Of a stretch of 64,000 nucleotides of DNA, positions 1 through 10,900 are shown piece by piece. The DNA comes from Limisphaerales bacterium (lineage in GTDB: Bacteria > Verrucomicrobiota > Verrucomicrobiia > Limisphaerales > JAJOIW01): assembly GCA_965657355.1 (NCBI GenBank), contig CBFHOE010000009.1, positions 64,001 to 128,000 of the forward strand, written 5' to 3'. The notes under the pieces are model-generated. The model saw only the letters and a list, made by a program, of their open reading frames with translations. It was not told the DNA's origin and made no database searches. Made by a program: the position numbers and the translations under genes. The first letter of the stretch is position 1. Every line of letters starts with the position of its first letter.

Positions 1-708
1 AGAAAAACTATAATAGCACAAGCCCCGGGCATTGGTGAATTCCGCCACTTGATCATGTCCTTTGCTTTGGCATATTCAGATGAAGAAAGAAAAACTAATA
101 TTGCTCATCTGGAAAACCTAAGAAAACACCCAAATTTTTCCGGAGAAGAATACCAGGCTACAATCCAGGAGGTTCTTGACAAAGACCTCTATGATGAAAA
201 AGCTGCGATACTTAGATCAACTTTCGCTTTCCCTGAAACATATGGTGTCACTCCGACAAAAACCACCACTTCAAAAGACGTCGCCCAACTAAAGGGTGAC
301 GTGAAAAATGGTCATGTAAAAGCATCGCTTTGTCTGACATGCCATAAGATTGATGGTGCGGGGGTTCAATTCGGCCCGAATTTATCTGATTGGGGAAAAT
401 CGAGATCCATTGAGGTTATCGCACAAGCCATATTAGAACCATCTTCAGAGTTAGCCCACGGTTTTGAAAAAGCTGTAGTCGTAGCAAACCGAGACCATAA
501 GCTCGAGGGAATAGATGTGGGTTATAGCTGGCATGCAGGCGCGATTAAGGTAAAGACTGTAGGAGGTCAGGTCATAAAAATTGCATTTAGAAGATCCGGT
601 GCTCGAATTACCAGATTAGAGAACCATTCATGGATGCCATCAGCCTCAAAACTGGGATTATCTAATCAGGATGTTCGCGACATTGCTGAATACCTAAAAT
701 CTTTATAG
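1..708 (+). CDS. C-terminal part of a PVC-type heme-binding (CxxCH) cytochrome c domain protein, 5' end outside the window
   Basis: The frame is open from base 1. It contains CLTCH followed by GPNLSDWG, then AILEPS and a distal SWMP motif, as in the C-terminal cytochrome c domain of PVC dehydrogenase-like proteins. Confidence 0.8.
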   Translation, partial: RKTIIAQAPGIGEFRHLIMSFALAYSDEERKTNIAHLENLRKHPNFSGEEYQATIQEVLDKDLYDEKAAILRSTFAFPETYGVTPTKTTTSKDVAQLKGDVKNGHVKASLCLTCHKIDGAGVQFGPNLSDWGKSRSIEVIAQAILEPSSELAHGFEKAVVVANRDHKLEGIDVGYSWHAGAIKVKTVGGQVIKIAFRRSGARITRLENHSWMPSASKLGLSNQDVRDIAEYLKSL

Positions 709-842
709 TTCAGAGTTCCAATAGTTGCGGAGGAATTCCCATTCAAAGCAGGTCCATTTTGACAAAGTGAGTCATTCTCAAATGCTGGCGGTCCTATATG
801 AAAATGTAGCCCGCTTCTGACTTTGGATGGGGTAATGAATAT

Positions 843-2348
843 TTAAATTCTTATTCTGCCTTTGTTTTTGAGCCGCTTTAATTGTTCGCCTAGTTTACGA
901 GCAATATCAGGATATTGTTTAACTTGGTTTATTAATTCACCTTTATCGGAATCTAAATTATAGAGCTGTCCACCATTTTTACCGGGAATGAATTTCCATT
1001 CATTATACCGTATGGCAACCTGTCGCCCCGCCTCCTCGAGCGTATATACCAAACCTTGTTCATCCTTGCCTAAAAAGGCATTGAGAGTATCCCTACTATC
1101 TACTGCCTGGTCTTGACCGAGTTCGATTTCGAGCATCTTTGCAAAGGAGGCAATAAAATCAATTTGACTGACGAGCGCATTTGATTTACCCGGTTTTATT
1201 TGTCCTGGCCACGATACGATAAATGGAACGCGTGTCCCACCCTCGTAAATTTGATATTTTCCACCGCGATATGGGCCAGAAGCATCATGGCCCTGGTCGA
1301 TCTCTTTGCTGGATTTTCTCACCTTGGTACCATCCGAATATCCATCGTCATAAACAGGACCATTGTCACTTGAAACTATAATAATAGTATTTTCTATCAT
1401 TCCTTTTTCTTCAATAGCCTCGACGACTGCGCCAACCATCCAATCAAATTGCACCATGGCATCTCCACGAAATCCAAGCTCAGTTTTCCCTTGAAAACGT
1501 GGATGCGGGGCTCTGGGAACATGAATATCTTGGGATGAAACATATAGGAAAAATGGGACGTCCTTTGTCTGATTCGAAATAAATTTCTTTGCCTGATTTA
1601 CAAATTCATCAGCCATTTTTTCGTCATCCCATAGAGCGGATTTACCTCCCCACATTTTACCTATCCGACCGATGCCATTGATAACGGTTTCACTATGCTG
1701 ATGGTCTGCCTCGTAGTATGTTTCAGTTTCTGGTTCTGTTCGGCCATATGGATAAATAGTGCTGCTATGACCTTCGGGAACGGATCCTACGTAGAGAGGA
1801 TCCTTGGGATCGAGATTGACAACTTTATAATTTTCTAAGTAAACGCATGGAACGCGATCATTTGTTGACGGTAAAAGAAATGAGTAATCAAATCCAACTT
1901 CTAGTGGTCCCGGTTTCACTTCTGCATTCCAGTCGACACGTTTTCCACTCTCACCGAGCCCAAGGTGCCATTTACCTACCACTGCGGTATTATAGCCATC
2001 TTTTTTGAAAAGTTTGGGAAGGGTCATTATTTTTGTATCAATCGTCAGTGGAGCATCTGGTGGGAGAATACGAACTCCGGAGCGAAATCCATAAAGCCCT
2101 GTCAACATTGAATATCTGGAAGGTGTACAAGTGGCTGCCGTACAGTGACCATCCATAAATTGCAAACCTCTTTGAGCTAATTTGTCGATATATGGCGTAG
2201 GAATTTTTTTGGATCCATAGACCCCAACATCGCCATATCCAACATCATCGCCATATATGATAACGACATTGGGGCGGCGTTTTTCTGCGCTCACGTTACC
2301 GCATATAAAAAGGACAGACAGCAAAATTAAGATCATACTAATTTTCAT
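843..2348 (-). CDS. Arylsulfatase (S1, Cys-type), secreted
   Basis: Signal peptide, PNVVIIYGDDVGYGD, CTPSRYSMLTG, GKWHLG, SSDNG and YEGGTRVPF. Confidence 0.95.
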   Translation of the reverse strand: MKISMILILLSVLFICGNVSAEKRRPNVVIIYGDDVGYGDVGVYGSKKIPTPYIDKLAQRGLQFMDGHCTAATCTPSRYSMLTGLYGFRSGVRILPPDAPLTIDTKIMTLPKLFKKDGYNTAVVGKWHLGLGESGKRVDWNAEVKPGPLEVGFDYSFLLPSTNDRVPCVYLENYKVVNLDPKDPLYVGSVPEGHSSTIYPYGRTEPETETYYEADHQHSETVINGIGRIGKMWGGKSALWDDEKMADEFVNQAKKFISNQTKDVPFFLYVSSQDIHVPRAPHPRFQGKTELGFRGDAMVQFDWMVGAVVEAIEEKGMIENTIIIVSSDNGPVYDDGYSDGTKVRKSSKEIDQGHDASGPYRGGKYQIYEGGTRVPFIVSWPGQIKPGKSNALVSQIDFIASFAKMLEIELGQDQAVDSRDTLNAFLGKDEQGLVYTLEEAGRQVAIRYNEWKFIPGKNGGQLYNLDSDKGELINQVKQYPDIARKLGEQLKRLKNKGRIRI

Positions 2349-2874
2349 GGTTATTCGTATTCTATCGATACAGATGAAAAAATCTATTTTAGATTTTAGT
2401 TACTTTCACTTTCTTTTTTTCATCAAAATCCAATCGAGGCTTCATAGATACCTTTTCAGATTTTGATGAAATCAATTTCATGGTTTTATTTCGATAATTC
2501 TGAATGACGAGGTTTTTCTCTGGCTGGGACTTATACAATTATTTTTCAAAGGATCAAACTATCAGAATAACCATCAAGGCCTTTTCCTTTTTGCAATATC
2601 ATTTACTCGAGAGGACAACTTGAGTCGCAAAACAGAAAGCATGACCACTTGTCAATCAGCTCCCAAAAACTCAGAAGGAAGTTGATTGTTACATCAAAAT
2701 TAGTCCTTAAAGGTTTTTTATCTCCGATCTCGTGCCACTAGTAGCGGCAATAACTGGGTTTTCCATATTGAGTTTCAAGCACTCATTTCATCAGGCAAAG
2801 CTCAATAAAAACGAAGATAAATTCACCCAAATTCGCCTCATGATGAGAAAATAAAAATATGAATGAGTTGATTA

Positions 2875-4077
2875 TTAATTCTGCACGGTCCCATTTTTAG
2901 AGGGTTTAATACTGAAATGAAGCACGAGCCCGCCGACTATCCCTGATAAAACAGAACCAACAATAATTCCGAGTCTTTCATCAAATAACTGGTCTGAGCC
3001 ACTTTCGGCAAAAGCGAGAGAGCCGATGAATAAACTCATGGTAAATCCTATTCCACAGAGGGCTGAGACACCGTAAAGACTCGACCACTGCATTCCTTCT
3101 GGAAGGCGTGCCATTTTCATTTTTATAGCAAGCCAACACAATCCGAATATCCCAATCTGCTTACCGAAGAAAAGGCCAAAAGCTATCCCGACAGGCACAC
3201 CATGGATTATTTTATCAAATGAAATACCTGTGAGATTAATCCCAGCATTTGCAAAAGCAAAAACAGGTAATACGAAAAAAGCTACAATAGTATGGAGATC
3301 GTGTTCGAGCTCCTTAAGCGGAGAAAAATCGGGATTTGCTTTAGATTTGATTGGTATGAACATCGCCAAAACAACACCAGCTAATGTTGCATGCAAACCC
3401 GATTTTAAGGTTGCTACCCACATGATGATACCGACCAAAATATAGGGACTATATAAAGTTATATTCCTTTTGTTCATGTACCAGAGAACGGGAAGGCAAA
3501 ATGCTGCGATGCCCAATGCTATCACTGAAACTTTTGAGGTGTAAAAAATGGCTATAATAATAATGGCACCAATATCATCAAATATGGCCAGTGAAGTTAG
3601 AAAAACCTTTATGGTCGCAGGAACACGAGATCCCAAAATGGCTAATACTCCTAAGGCAAAGGCAATATCTGTTGCCGCTGGAATAGCCCATCCTTTGGAT
3701 GCCAATGCATCTTCGCGATTAAAAATAAAGTATATGAGTGCAGGAAAGACCATACCTCCCACAGCGCCCACACCCGGTAAAATCACATTCCTCTTGTCAG
3801 ATAACTCGCCTTTCAACAGCTCTCGCTTTAACTCAAGACCTACGAGAAAGAAAAAAACAGCCATTAATCCATCGTTGATCCACAACAAAAGTGGTTTAGC
3901 TATTTCGAGCGCCCCAATACGAATCTCAACGGGTGTCGACAAAAGGAGCTTGTAAAAAGCAAATAAAGGAGTATTGGCGACAATAATGGCCAATACTGCT
4001 GTCGAAAAAAGAAAAAGTCCTCCAGCCGATTCCAGCTTAAAGAACTTCAAAATAAAAGAATGTTTTTGACTGTCCAT
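2875..4077 (-). CDS. nhaA: Na+/H+ antiporter NhaA
   Basis: WINDGLMAVFFFLVGLELKRE, GWAIPAATDIAFALG, LAIFDD, KSGLHATLAGV and LCGIGFTMSLFIGSLAF. ATG at 4077 is preferred over TTG at 4083. Confidence 0.97.
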   Translation of the reverse strand: MDSQKHSFILKFFKLESAGGLFLFSTAVLAIIVANTPLFAFYKLLLSTPVEIRIGALEIAKPLLLWINDGLMAVFFFLVGLELKRELLKGELSDKRNVILPGVGAVGGMVFPALIYFIFNREDALASKGWAIPAATDIAFALGVLAILGSRVPATIKVFLTSLAIFDDIGAIIIIAIFYTSKVSVIALGIAAFCLPVLWYMNKRNITLYSPYILVGIIMWVATLKSGLHATLAGVVLAMFIPIKSKANPDFSPLKELEHDLHTIVAFFVLPVFAFANAGINLTGISFDKIIHGVPVGIAFGLFFGKQIGIFGLCWLAIKMKMARLPEGMQWSSLYGVSALCGIGFTMSLFIGSLAFAESGSDQLFDERLGIIVGSVLSGIVGGLVLHFSIKPSKNGTVQN

Positions 4078-4244
4078 TGCCAAGAAATATTTAATTAAAA
4101 AATTTTACTTTCAACAAGCATTCTAAGAAAATTGGGAAAATTTCTGACTGAAACGCAATAAGTATGAATATGGAATAAATTTAAAATGGTCTAAGCATTT
4201 TATAACCTGGAGTTCATTGGCCAAAACACTCAATATCAAATATA

Positions 4245-5753
4245 ATGAATACCCTTTTTTACCGACTCTGTCTCGCCCTGCTTGTGCTTTTCGCACTCAT
4301 TTCAAATCGGGCAACGGCTCAATCATATATTAAGCCCCTGCACAAAGTTACTCTCCCTCAAGCCCATAGAGGTACTTTGTCTGTAGATACTTTGCTGATG
4401 GATAGCTATGGCCTACTGCCTCAAAATGTTCGTGAGTTTTATCTAAACTCGCGAAAAGTATTATCAAAATTTGAAGACGGAGATTACACACATCCAGAAG
4501 TTTTAAAAGCAGCAATCGATCATGAAATCCCACTCATGGGCGGACCTATGTTGGGAGACCTTAAGCCTGACAGCGTAAAAGTCTGGTTAAGACCTGCCAC
4601 CTCAAAAAAATTAGAGATCAAATTAATGGACTCGAAAGGGAGCCATCTTCGCAATTTCTCTCCAGAAATTATAAAACCCGGAATAGAAACTAAAGTCTCC
4701 ATCGACGGTCTGACTCCGGATAGAAAGTATTATTATTCTCTGGTATTGGATGAAAAACAAATTACACAAGGAAGCTTCAGAACAGCTCCATCACCCAATC
4801 TAAAAGGGAAAGTGCGATTGGCTTTTGGTGCCGATTTTCACAAAGTTGGTTTGCATAACCCAAATCTATTTAATCAGATCCTAAAAAGGGACCCACTGGT
4901 CATGCTTCTTTATGGAGACTCAGCTGTCGATGGCAGGCGCAACAAGGCAAACATGCATCGCGCTGATTACTTACTTCGCGAGATCTCTCAACCTTGGAAA
5001 AGATTCGTGTCAAGGACACCAGTCTATGCTACCTGGGACGATTGGGATTATTTTTCAAACGATACAAATGGCATTCCTAAAAACTATATGGCATCGGACC
5101 GAGAACTTATTCGCAATGTCTGGAAAAGCAACTGGAATAACCCAGTAAATGATCCGGAAAGAAAAGGAATTTATTTTACGACACGTATTGGTCCAGTGGA
5201 AATTTTCATGCTGGATACCCGTTCATGCCGTGAAAATAATAGGAGGAATCAATACACATCGTACTTGGGAAAAGAACAACATGAATGGTTAAAAAACGGA
5301 CTCAAAAATTCAAAGGCACCATTCAAAATTATAACTTCTGGTACTATGTGGAGTGATTACGTATCGAACGCAAAAGACACTTGGGGCTCCTGGGACACAG
5401 AGGGCAGAGAAGAGCTTTTTTCACTCATTGAAAGAGATAAAATCGGGGGAGTCTTACTTCTTAGTGGGGACCGGCACGGTGCCCGTGGGTTTAAAATCCC
5501 AAGAAAATCAGGATTTGAATTTTATGAATTTGAAGTGGGAACCCTCGGTGGTGCTCCAGGCCCACCGGCCATAGTCGAAGATTGCCCGGAACAGATCTTT
5601 GGATATGAAGGCACGAAAACCATTGCGTTCGGCGAATTCAACTTCGATACTTCAACAGACAATCCAAATGTCACTTTCTATCTCATCCGTGATACAGGTG
5701 AAATCCTTGAAGAGCATATTCTTTCCCTTGACCAGCTCACCCCAAAAGATTGA
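4245..5753 (+). CDS. PhoD-like alkaline phosphatase D family metallophosphoesterase, secreted
   Basis: Signal peptide, an N-terminal FN3-like segment (GLTPDRKYYY...GSFRTAP), TWDDWDY, MLDTRS, YLGKEQHEWL and LLSGDRH. Confidence 0.85.
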   Translation: MNTLFYRLCLALLVLFALISNRATAQSYIKPLHKVTLPQAHRGTLSVDTLLMDSYGLLPQNVREFYLNSRKVLSKFEDGDYTHPEVLKAAIDHEIPLMGGPMLGDLKPDSVKVWLRPATSKKLEIKLMDSKGSHLRNFSPEIIKPGIETKVSIDGLTPDRKYYYSLVLDEKQITQGSFRTAPSPNLKGKVRLAFGADFHKVGLHNPNLFNQILKRDPLVMLLYGDSAVDGRRNKANMHRADYLLREISQPWKRFVSRTPVYATWDDWDYFSNDTNGIPKNYMASDRELIRNVWKSNWNNPVNDPERKGIYFTTRIGPVEIFMLDTRSCRENNRRNQYTSYLGKEQHEWLKNGLKNSKAPFKIITSGTMWSDYVSNAKDTWGSWDTEGREELFSLIERDKIGGVLLLSGDRHGARGFKIPRKSGFEFYEFEVGTLGGAPGPPAIVEDCPEQIFGYEGTKTIAFGEFNFDTSTDNPNVTFYLIRDTGEILEEHILSLDQLTPKD

Positions 5754-6011
5754 GTCAACGAACATTAACCGATGAAAAGTTCTAAATAATCGAGTTCGCA
5801 AGCTAATAATATGGCCCTGGTCATAGATTTCATGCGAAACTCAGCGACTACTTCACAATCATTTATTATACGGCGGAAAAAATTTTTTGAGAACTATAAC
5901 TAAAAAGTACGAATAGTTCTCTTGAATTAGATTTTTTCACAGATGTTAGACGGCTTGTTTAAAGTCACTGGAAGCCATTTTGGAGCAATCCTAATCTGTC
6001 ATTTTCTTTGT

Positions 6012-6206
6012 TTATTTCCAGCCAGTTTGCCACTTCTCCTTGTTGGATAAGTCCTCCAAAGCGACCAACTGGCTTTTCCCTTTGAAAACAGGCTTTAAAT
6101 AAACGGTTTTTTGTTTCCTATTATAGGATACAACGACAAAGTGCTTTCGCTTGTTTTCAACTTTATGAGCAGTCCATTTGCTTGATATTATGTTTTTTAT
6201 ATCCAT
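6012..6206 (-). CDS. Small Trp-rich conserved protein (TIGR02450-like)
   Basis: The SKWTA...KHFVV motif and a C-terminal W..GW match the TIGR02450 pattern. Probable ATG at 6206. Confidence 0.75.
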   Translation of the reverse strand: MDIKNIISSKWTAHKVENKRKHFVVVSYNRKQKTVYLKPVFKGKSQLVALEDLSNKEKWQTGWK

Positions 6207-6544
6207 GGTGTGATTTTTTATTTTACTCAATTTTTAAGCTGAATATTGATTACCTTTGCTTTAATTTTTCACCATAAAGACAGAAGTCAAAGGCATTACC
6301 CAATGGAGACGAAAATAAGGGCGAATTCTTAATCTTTGATCTCACGTTATGCAAACGATTTTACACACACAAACGCGTTCGCTCCTTGTTTAAGTTGATT
6401 CATATAAAATCCAAAATTTTAAATACCGGTAAGAAAACTCAGAATCTCACATTATCGCTGAACTAAAGAATGCAAATTACCCCATGGCGAAAACCAGGAT
6501 TTCTAGGGAAGAATGGATGTATCAGGACGGAACAATGACGAATC

Positions 6545-7963
6545 TCAGGAAAGGAGGTCATCTATTACATTTCCATAGACATCCGTAAGGCGAATATCAC
6601 GTCCACTGAAACGATAAGTTAATTCAGTATGATTGACACCCATCTGGTTGAGAATAGTAGCGTGTAGATCATGAATTTCCAGTTTGTTTTCTATAGCTTT
6701 ATATCCCCACTCATCAGTAGCGCCATATGTCATACCTTGTTTGACGCCGCCTCCTGCCATCCACAAAGAAAATCCATGTTCATTATGATCTCTGCCTGCC
6801 CCACCCTGCGCAAAAGGTGTACGCCCAAATTCTCCAGACCAGACGATAAGGGTATCTTCCAACATCCCCCGCTGTTTAAGGTCCTGTAAAAGTGCTGCAA
6901 TTGGCTGATCTACGGCTACGGCATTATCTCCATGGTTTGTTTTGATATTTCCATGGGCATCCCATCTCTGGTAGCCGTTGACCATCGGAATCAAAACCTC
7001 GATAAAACGTACACCACGTTCCACCAGGCGTCGTGCAATAATACATGCCTTGGCATATGTCCGGGTATTATTATTTTTAGCGTTCATTCCATAGAGGTTA
7101 AGTGTAGATTGAGACTCAGAATTCAAGTCCACGAGTTCTGGTACGGCCAATTGCATTCGGGCTGCGAGCTCTGCATTACGAATAGCTGATTCGAGGGCAT
7201 CAACTTTGCCAGCGAGTTCTAATGCCTGAGTATTCAACCCCATAGCTAATGATTGCTTAAGCTTTCTAAGTTCTCTATGGGTCTCATTGGGAATGACGTT
7301 TGCCAATGGAGTACCGTTGGCGTGCAACAAAGATCCTTGATGAGAAGCAGGGAGAAATCCGCTACTGAAATTATCCAACCCTCCAGAGGGAATTTGACCA
7401 CCATTGAGAACAACGTATCCGGGTAAATCCTCACTATCATTACCCAGCCCGTAAGTAGCCCAGGCACCCATACTTGGCCGTCCCTGTAGTCCGTGGCCGC
7501 TATGCAATAAATAGTTCGCGCTAGTATGTTCAGGGAATTTCGATGTCATGGACCTTATGACGCACAATTCGTCCATCTGCTGGTTAATGTGCGGAAATAA
7601 ATCACTCGCCCATATACCGGACTGTCCCCATTGCTTAAAAGCAAAGGGGGATTTCATAACTTTTCCAATATTTTCAAACTGGGTCTTTTCGAGCTTTCCA
7701 ATAGCACTTCTTGGATCCTGGCCGTTATATTTTTCCAAGGCTGGCTTATAGTCATATGAATCTACTTGTGAGACGCCACCTTCCATGAAAAGAAAAATTA
7801 CACTTTTTGCTTTTGGCCGGTGGTGTGGCTGTTTTGGTGCGAATCTCGGTAGATCTGATGCTTCGGATTTTTGAGCCATCAAGGACGACAAGGCCAAAGC
7901 CCCAAAGCCCATTGAGGTTTTACTTAAATAATCTCTCCTGCTAATCAGTTTGGAAGGGAACAT
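6545..7963 (-). CDS. DUF1501 domain protein (Tat-type signal)
   Basis: SRRDYL, AKSVIFLFMEGGVSQVD, PSMGAWATYGLG, ARRLVERGVRF, WDAH, GEFGRTP, GRDH and HDLHATIL. Confidence 0.93.
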   Translation of the reverse strand: MFPSKLISRRDYLSKTSMGFGALALSSLMAQKSEASDLPRFAPKQPHHRPKAKSVIFLFMEGGVSQVDSYDYKPALEKYNGQDPRSAIGKLEKTQFENIGKVMKSPFAFKQWGQSGIWASDLFPHINQQMDELCVIRSMTSKFPEHTSANYLLHSGHGLQGRPSMGAWATYGLGNDSEDLPGYVVLNGGQIPSGGLDNFSSGFLPASHQGSLLHANGTPLANVIPNETHRELRKLKQSLAMGLNTQALELAGKVDALESAIRNAELAARMQLAVPELVDLNSESQSTLNLYGMNAKNNNTRTYAKACIIARRLVERGVRFIEVLIPMVNGYQRWDAHGNIKTNHGDNAVAVDQPIAALLQDLKQRGMLEDTLIVWSGEFGRTPFAQGGAGRDHNEHGFSLWMAGGGVKQGMTYGATDEWGYKAIENKLEIHDLHATILNQMGVNHTELTYRFSGRDIRLTDVYGNVIDDLLS

Positions 7964-7969
7964 AATATA

Positions 7970-10900
7970 CTAACGAAGGTAGATAAATTCATTTAGGCGG
8001 AAAAAAGTATGACACATATCACGCCAAACTTTGATGTCTGATTGAGGCACCTCATGGAGCTCTGATAGCTCGCGGATTGTATTTAAGGCTAGTTCGAGTT
8101 CTTTTGAGCTGGGTTTTCTGGCAAAGGCCTGAAGGTAGATAAATTCAATTTTCTCCCTGATTTGAGATGCTGAAAAATAACCATTCACATACTTGGCCCA
8201 CTCCTCAGCCTGTTGGTAAACAAATTTGTCGTTCATCATAGCGAGTAATTGGGCGGGAACATTTGTGACATTACGTCTACCAACTGTGCTAAACGGAATA
8301 GGTGTATCAAAGGCCAGCATCATTGTGGGAAGGAAGTTTCTGCGGACCGAGGTATAAATACTTCGACGTCCTTCCCCGTCAAGCGGGCCACTCTTTCCTG
8401 GCCGACCGCGGCCTACGACGAATTCGGTCAAATGCACCGGGACCGGTCGACCATAAACTTTAGAATCCAGTCGCCCTGAAACAGCTAAAACAGAATCCCT
8501 GATCACTTCGGCTTCCAACCTTCTCACTGGCATTCTGTGAAGAAGCTGGTTTTTGGGGTCGACTGATTCGGCGCGCTCATCATTTGGCTGGCTCGACATA
8601 GCAAAAGTCTCAGACAGAACAAGTCGACGAATCATAGACTTGATCGACCATTGGTCCTCGTGCATGAAAGTCCACGCGAGATGGTCTAGTAGCTCTGGGT
8701 GGGTCGGTCGCTCACCAAGCCATCCAAAATTATCAACCGAAGATACAATGCCACGTCCAAATATGTGGTGCCAAATTCGGTTCACAAAAACCCTAGAAAC
8801 AAGTGGGTTGTCACGGGATACTAAAGCTTCCGCCAGTGCTAAACGACCACTTCCATTTTTCGGAGTATCGAGCTGAACACCAAAAGCGGAAGGCAATCCA
8901 CGCTTTGCGATGCCTTTAGGTCTTTGATATTTACCTCGACCCAGAACGTATTCATTTATTCCGTTCCCATCGCTCAGTGAGATAGCTGTGAAGGATTCCT
9001 TTTGAATTTGATTTTGGAGCTGAAAACGAGACTTATGGTAAACATTTAGTATTTCTTTATTTTTCTTCATCCAATCGTTCGGGGCATTTTGGTATAGCGC
9101 GCTGAATTTATTGATGGCCCGATTCAAGGCTTGTGCCTGGCTTGTTGAAATAGATTTGCCCGATGTGAGCTGGCCAAAAATTTCAAAAATGTCTAGTGAT
9201 GGAGATTTGAAATTTATCTGGTCCACAGGACCGTCAACTATCGCCCAAACTTTCAAATCTTTATCGGCAACAGGGCCGAATTCAAGATGAACTCGGTGGC
9301 CCTTATATTCACTGAGATTGTAGACAACCCACTTTTTCTCATTTGTCTTAAGAACTTTAATAAGCTTCCCATGAAGCGGACCAGCTAACATTAAATGCGT
9401 ATCCACTCCCGCATAAATTTTTGCTTCGCCTTGCATTAGAATGTGAATGCGCCCATCAGATACCGTAAAAGTTGGAGATTGAATCGCACCAGCCGAGCGC
9501 CCGATGGCGTCTAAATTCCCAGAATCCGCTTGATTTCCAGATCGCAATTTTAAGCCGTTCCAAAAAGGATCACGAGCTGCGTGACCAGATTCAGCCAAAC
9601 GAAAGGACAAGGCTTGGGCAGATCTGGGTAGTATCACCTGGCCCGCCGGAATAGCTTTCCGACCAAATAGCAGCCCTGTTCCGAACCACTCAGTTCTAGG
9701 ATCATCAAAGTTTATGACGACTTTGCTTCCCTGCTGAGGTTCCCAGGCATTGATGCCATTTTTATTTGGAGAATCCGATGGATTTTTTTCCAAATTATTC
9801 ATGAAAGTCTCGAGATTCGTCATCAATTGGACTCGGGTCTTATTGCGCAAAGATTCGAGCTTATTTGAAATATTTTGATTATGTTCGATTGATTCAAAGC
9901 GCACCTGCCGGAACCGGGAGCTCAGGATATATCCCGTAAGGCTGTAGTAGTCCTTTTGAGAGATAGCATCAAATTTATGGTCATGACATCGGGCACAGGC
10001 AACAGTTAGTCCAAGAAATGTTTTACTTAACACATCGACCTTGTTATCAGTGCGATCATTTTCATCCTGACGAATGTCTACCGGAGAATGAACTTCCTCT
10101 CCGAAAAAGGGCCAGCCAGTAGCCAAAACCGACTCATTGGCTCCTGTCTGTGGATGTAGCCTGGGCTGCTGGATCAAGTCGCCAGCCAGATGCTCAGTTA
10201 GAAAGACGTCATAGGGAACATCATTGTTAAAGGCACGGATGAGGTAATCTCGATAATGCCATGCATTGGCGATGGAAAAATCACTTTCATGCCCTCGAGA
10301 TTCCGCATATCGAACCAAATCCATCCAATGTCGTGCCCACCTCTCCCCGAAATGTGGAGAATCCAGCAAAGCATCGACCACAGATTCTTTCCTTACCGAA
10401 GGGTCAGCTTTTAAAAAATCTTGAATCTCAGTTGGAGTCGGAGGCAATCCAGTGATAGCGAAATGAACGCGTCTGAGCCAAACCTCCGGGGCAGCCTGAT
10501 TCGCTGGTTTCAACCCAGCTTCTTCAAGCTTTTTGATTACAAAAAAATCGATCTCAGAGGTCGGCCATCCTGAAAACTTAACCCCTGGTAGCCGATATCG
10601 GGTTGGTTTGCTCCAGATCCAAGGTAATCTGTTGATCCTTTCTTTAATATCGAATTTTGTCGATGCCCCGGAGGGAAGTGGTTCATCCGGCCATACAGCA
10701 CCATCGGTAATCCATTGATAGAGAGCATCGATTTCATATTGTTGCAGCTTCTCCTTCTCGTAAGGCATCATTAAATCTTCAGATTTATGCGCAACTGCTT
10801 TATATAAATTAGACTCCTCTGGTTTGCCAGGAATGAGTATCGGCCCAAAGTCTCCCACCTGATTGATAAAATTGATATGATCTAAACGGATACCAGATTC

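Noticed and set aside
3230..3955. Antisense ORFs within nhaA, and the many other 60-140-aa ORFs nested in or opposite long genes
   Set aside because: They are shadow frames of well-supported genes and show no recognisable motifs.
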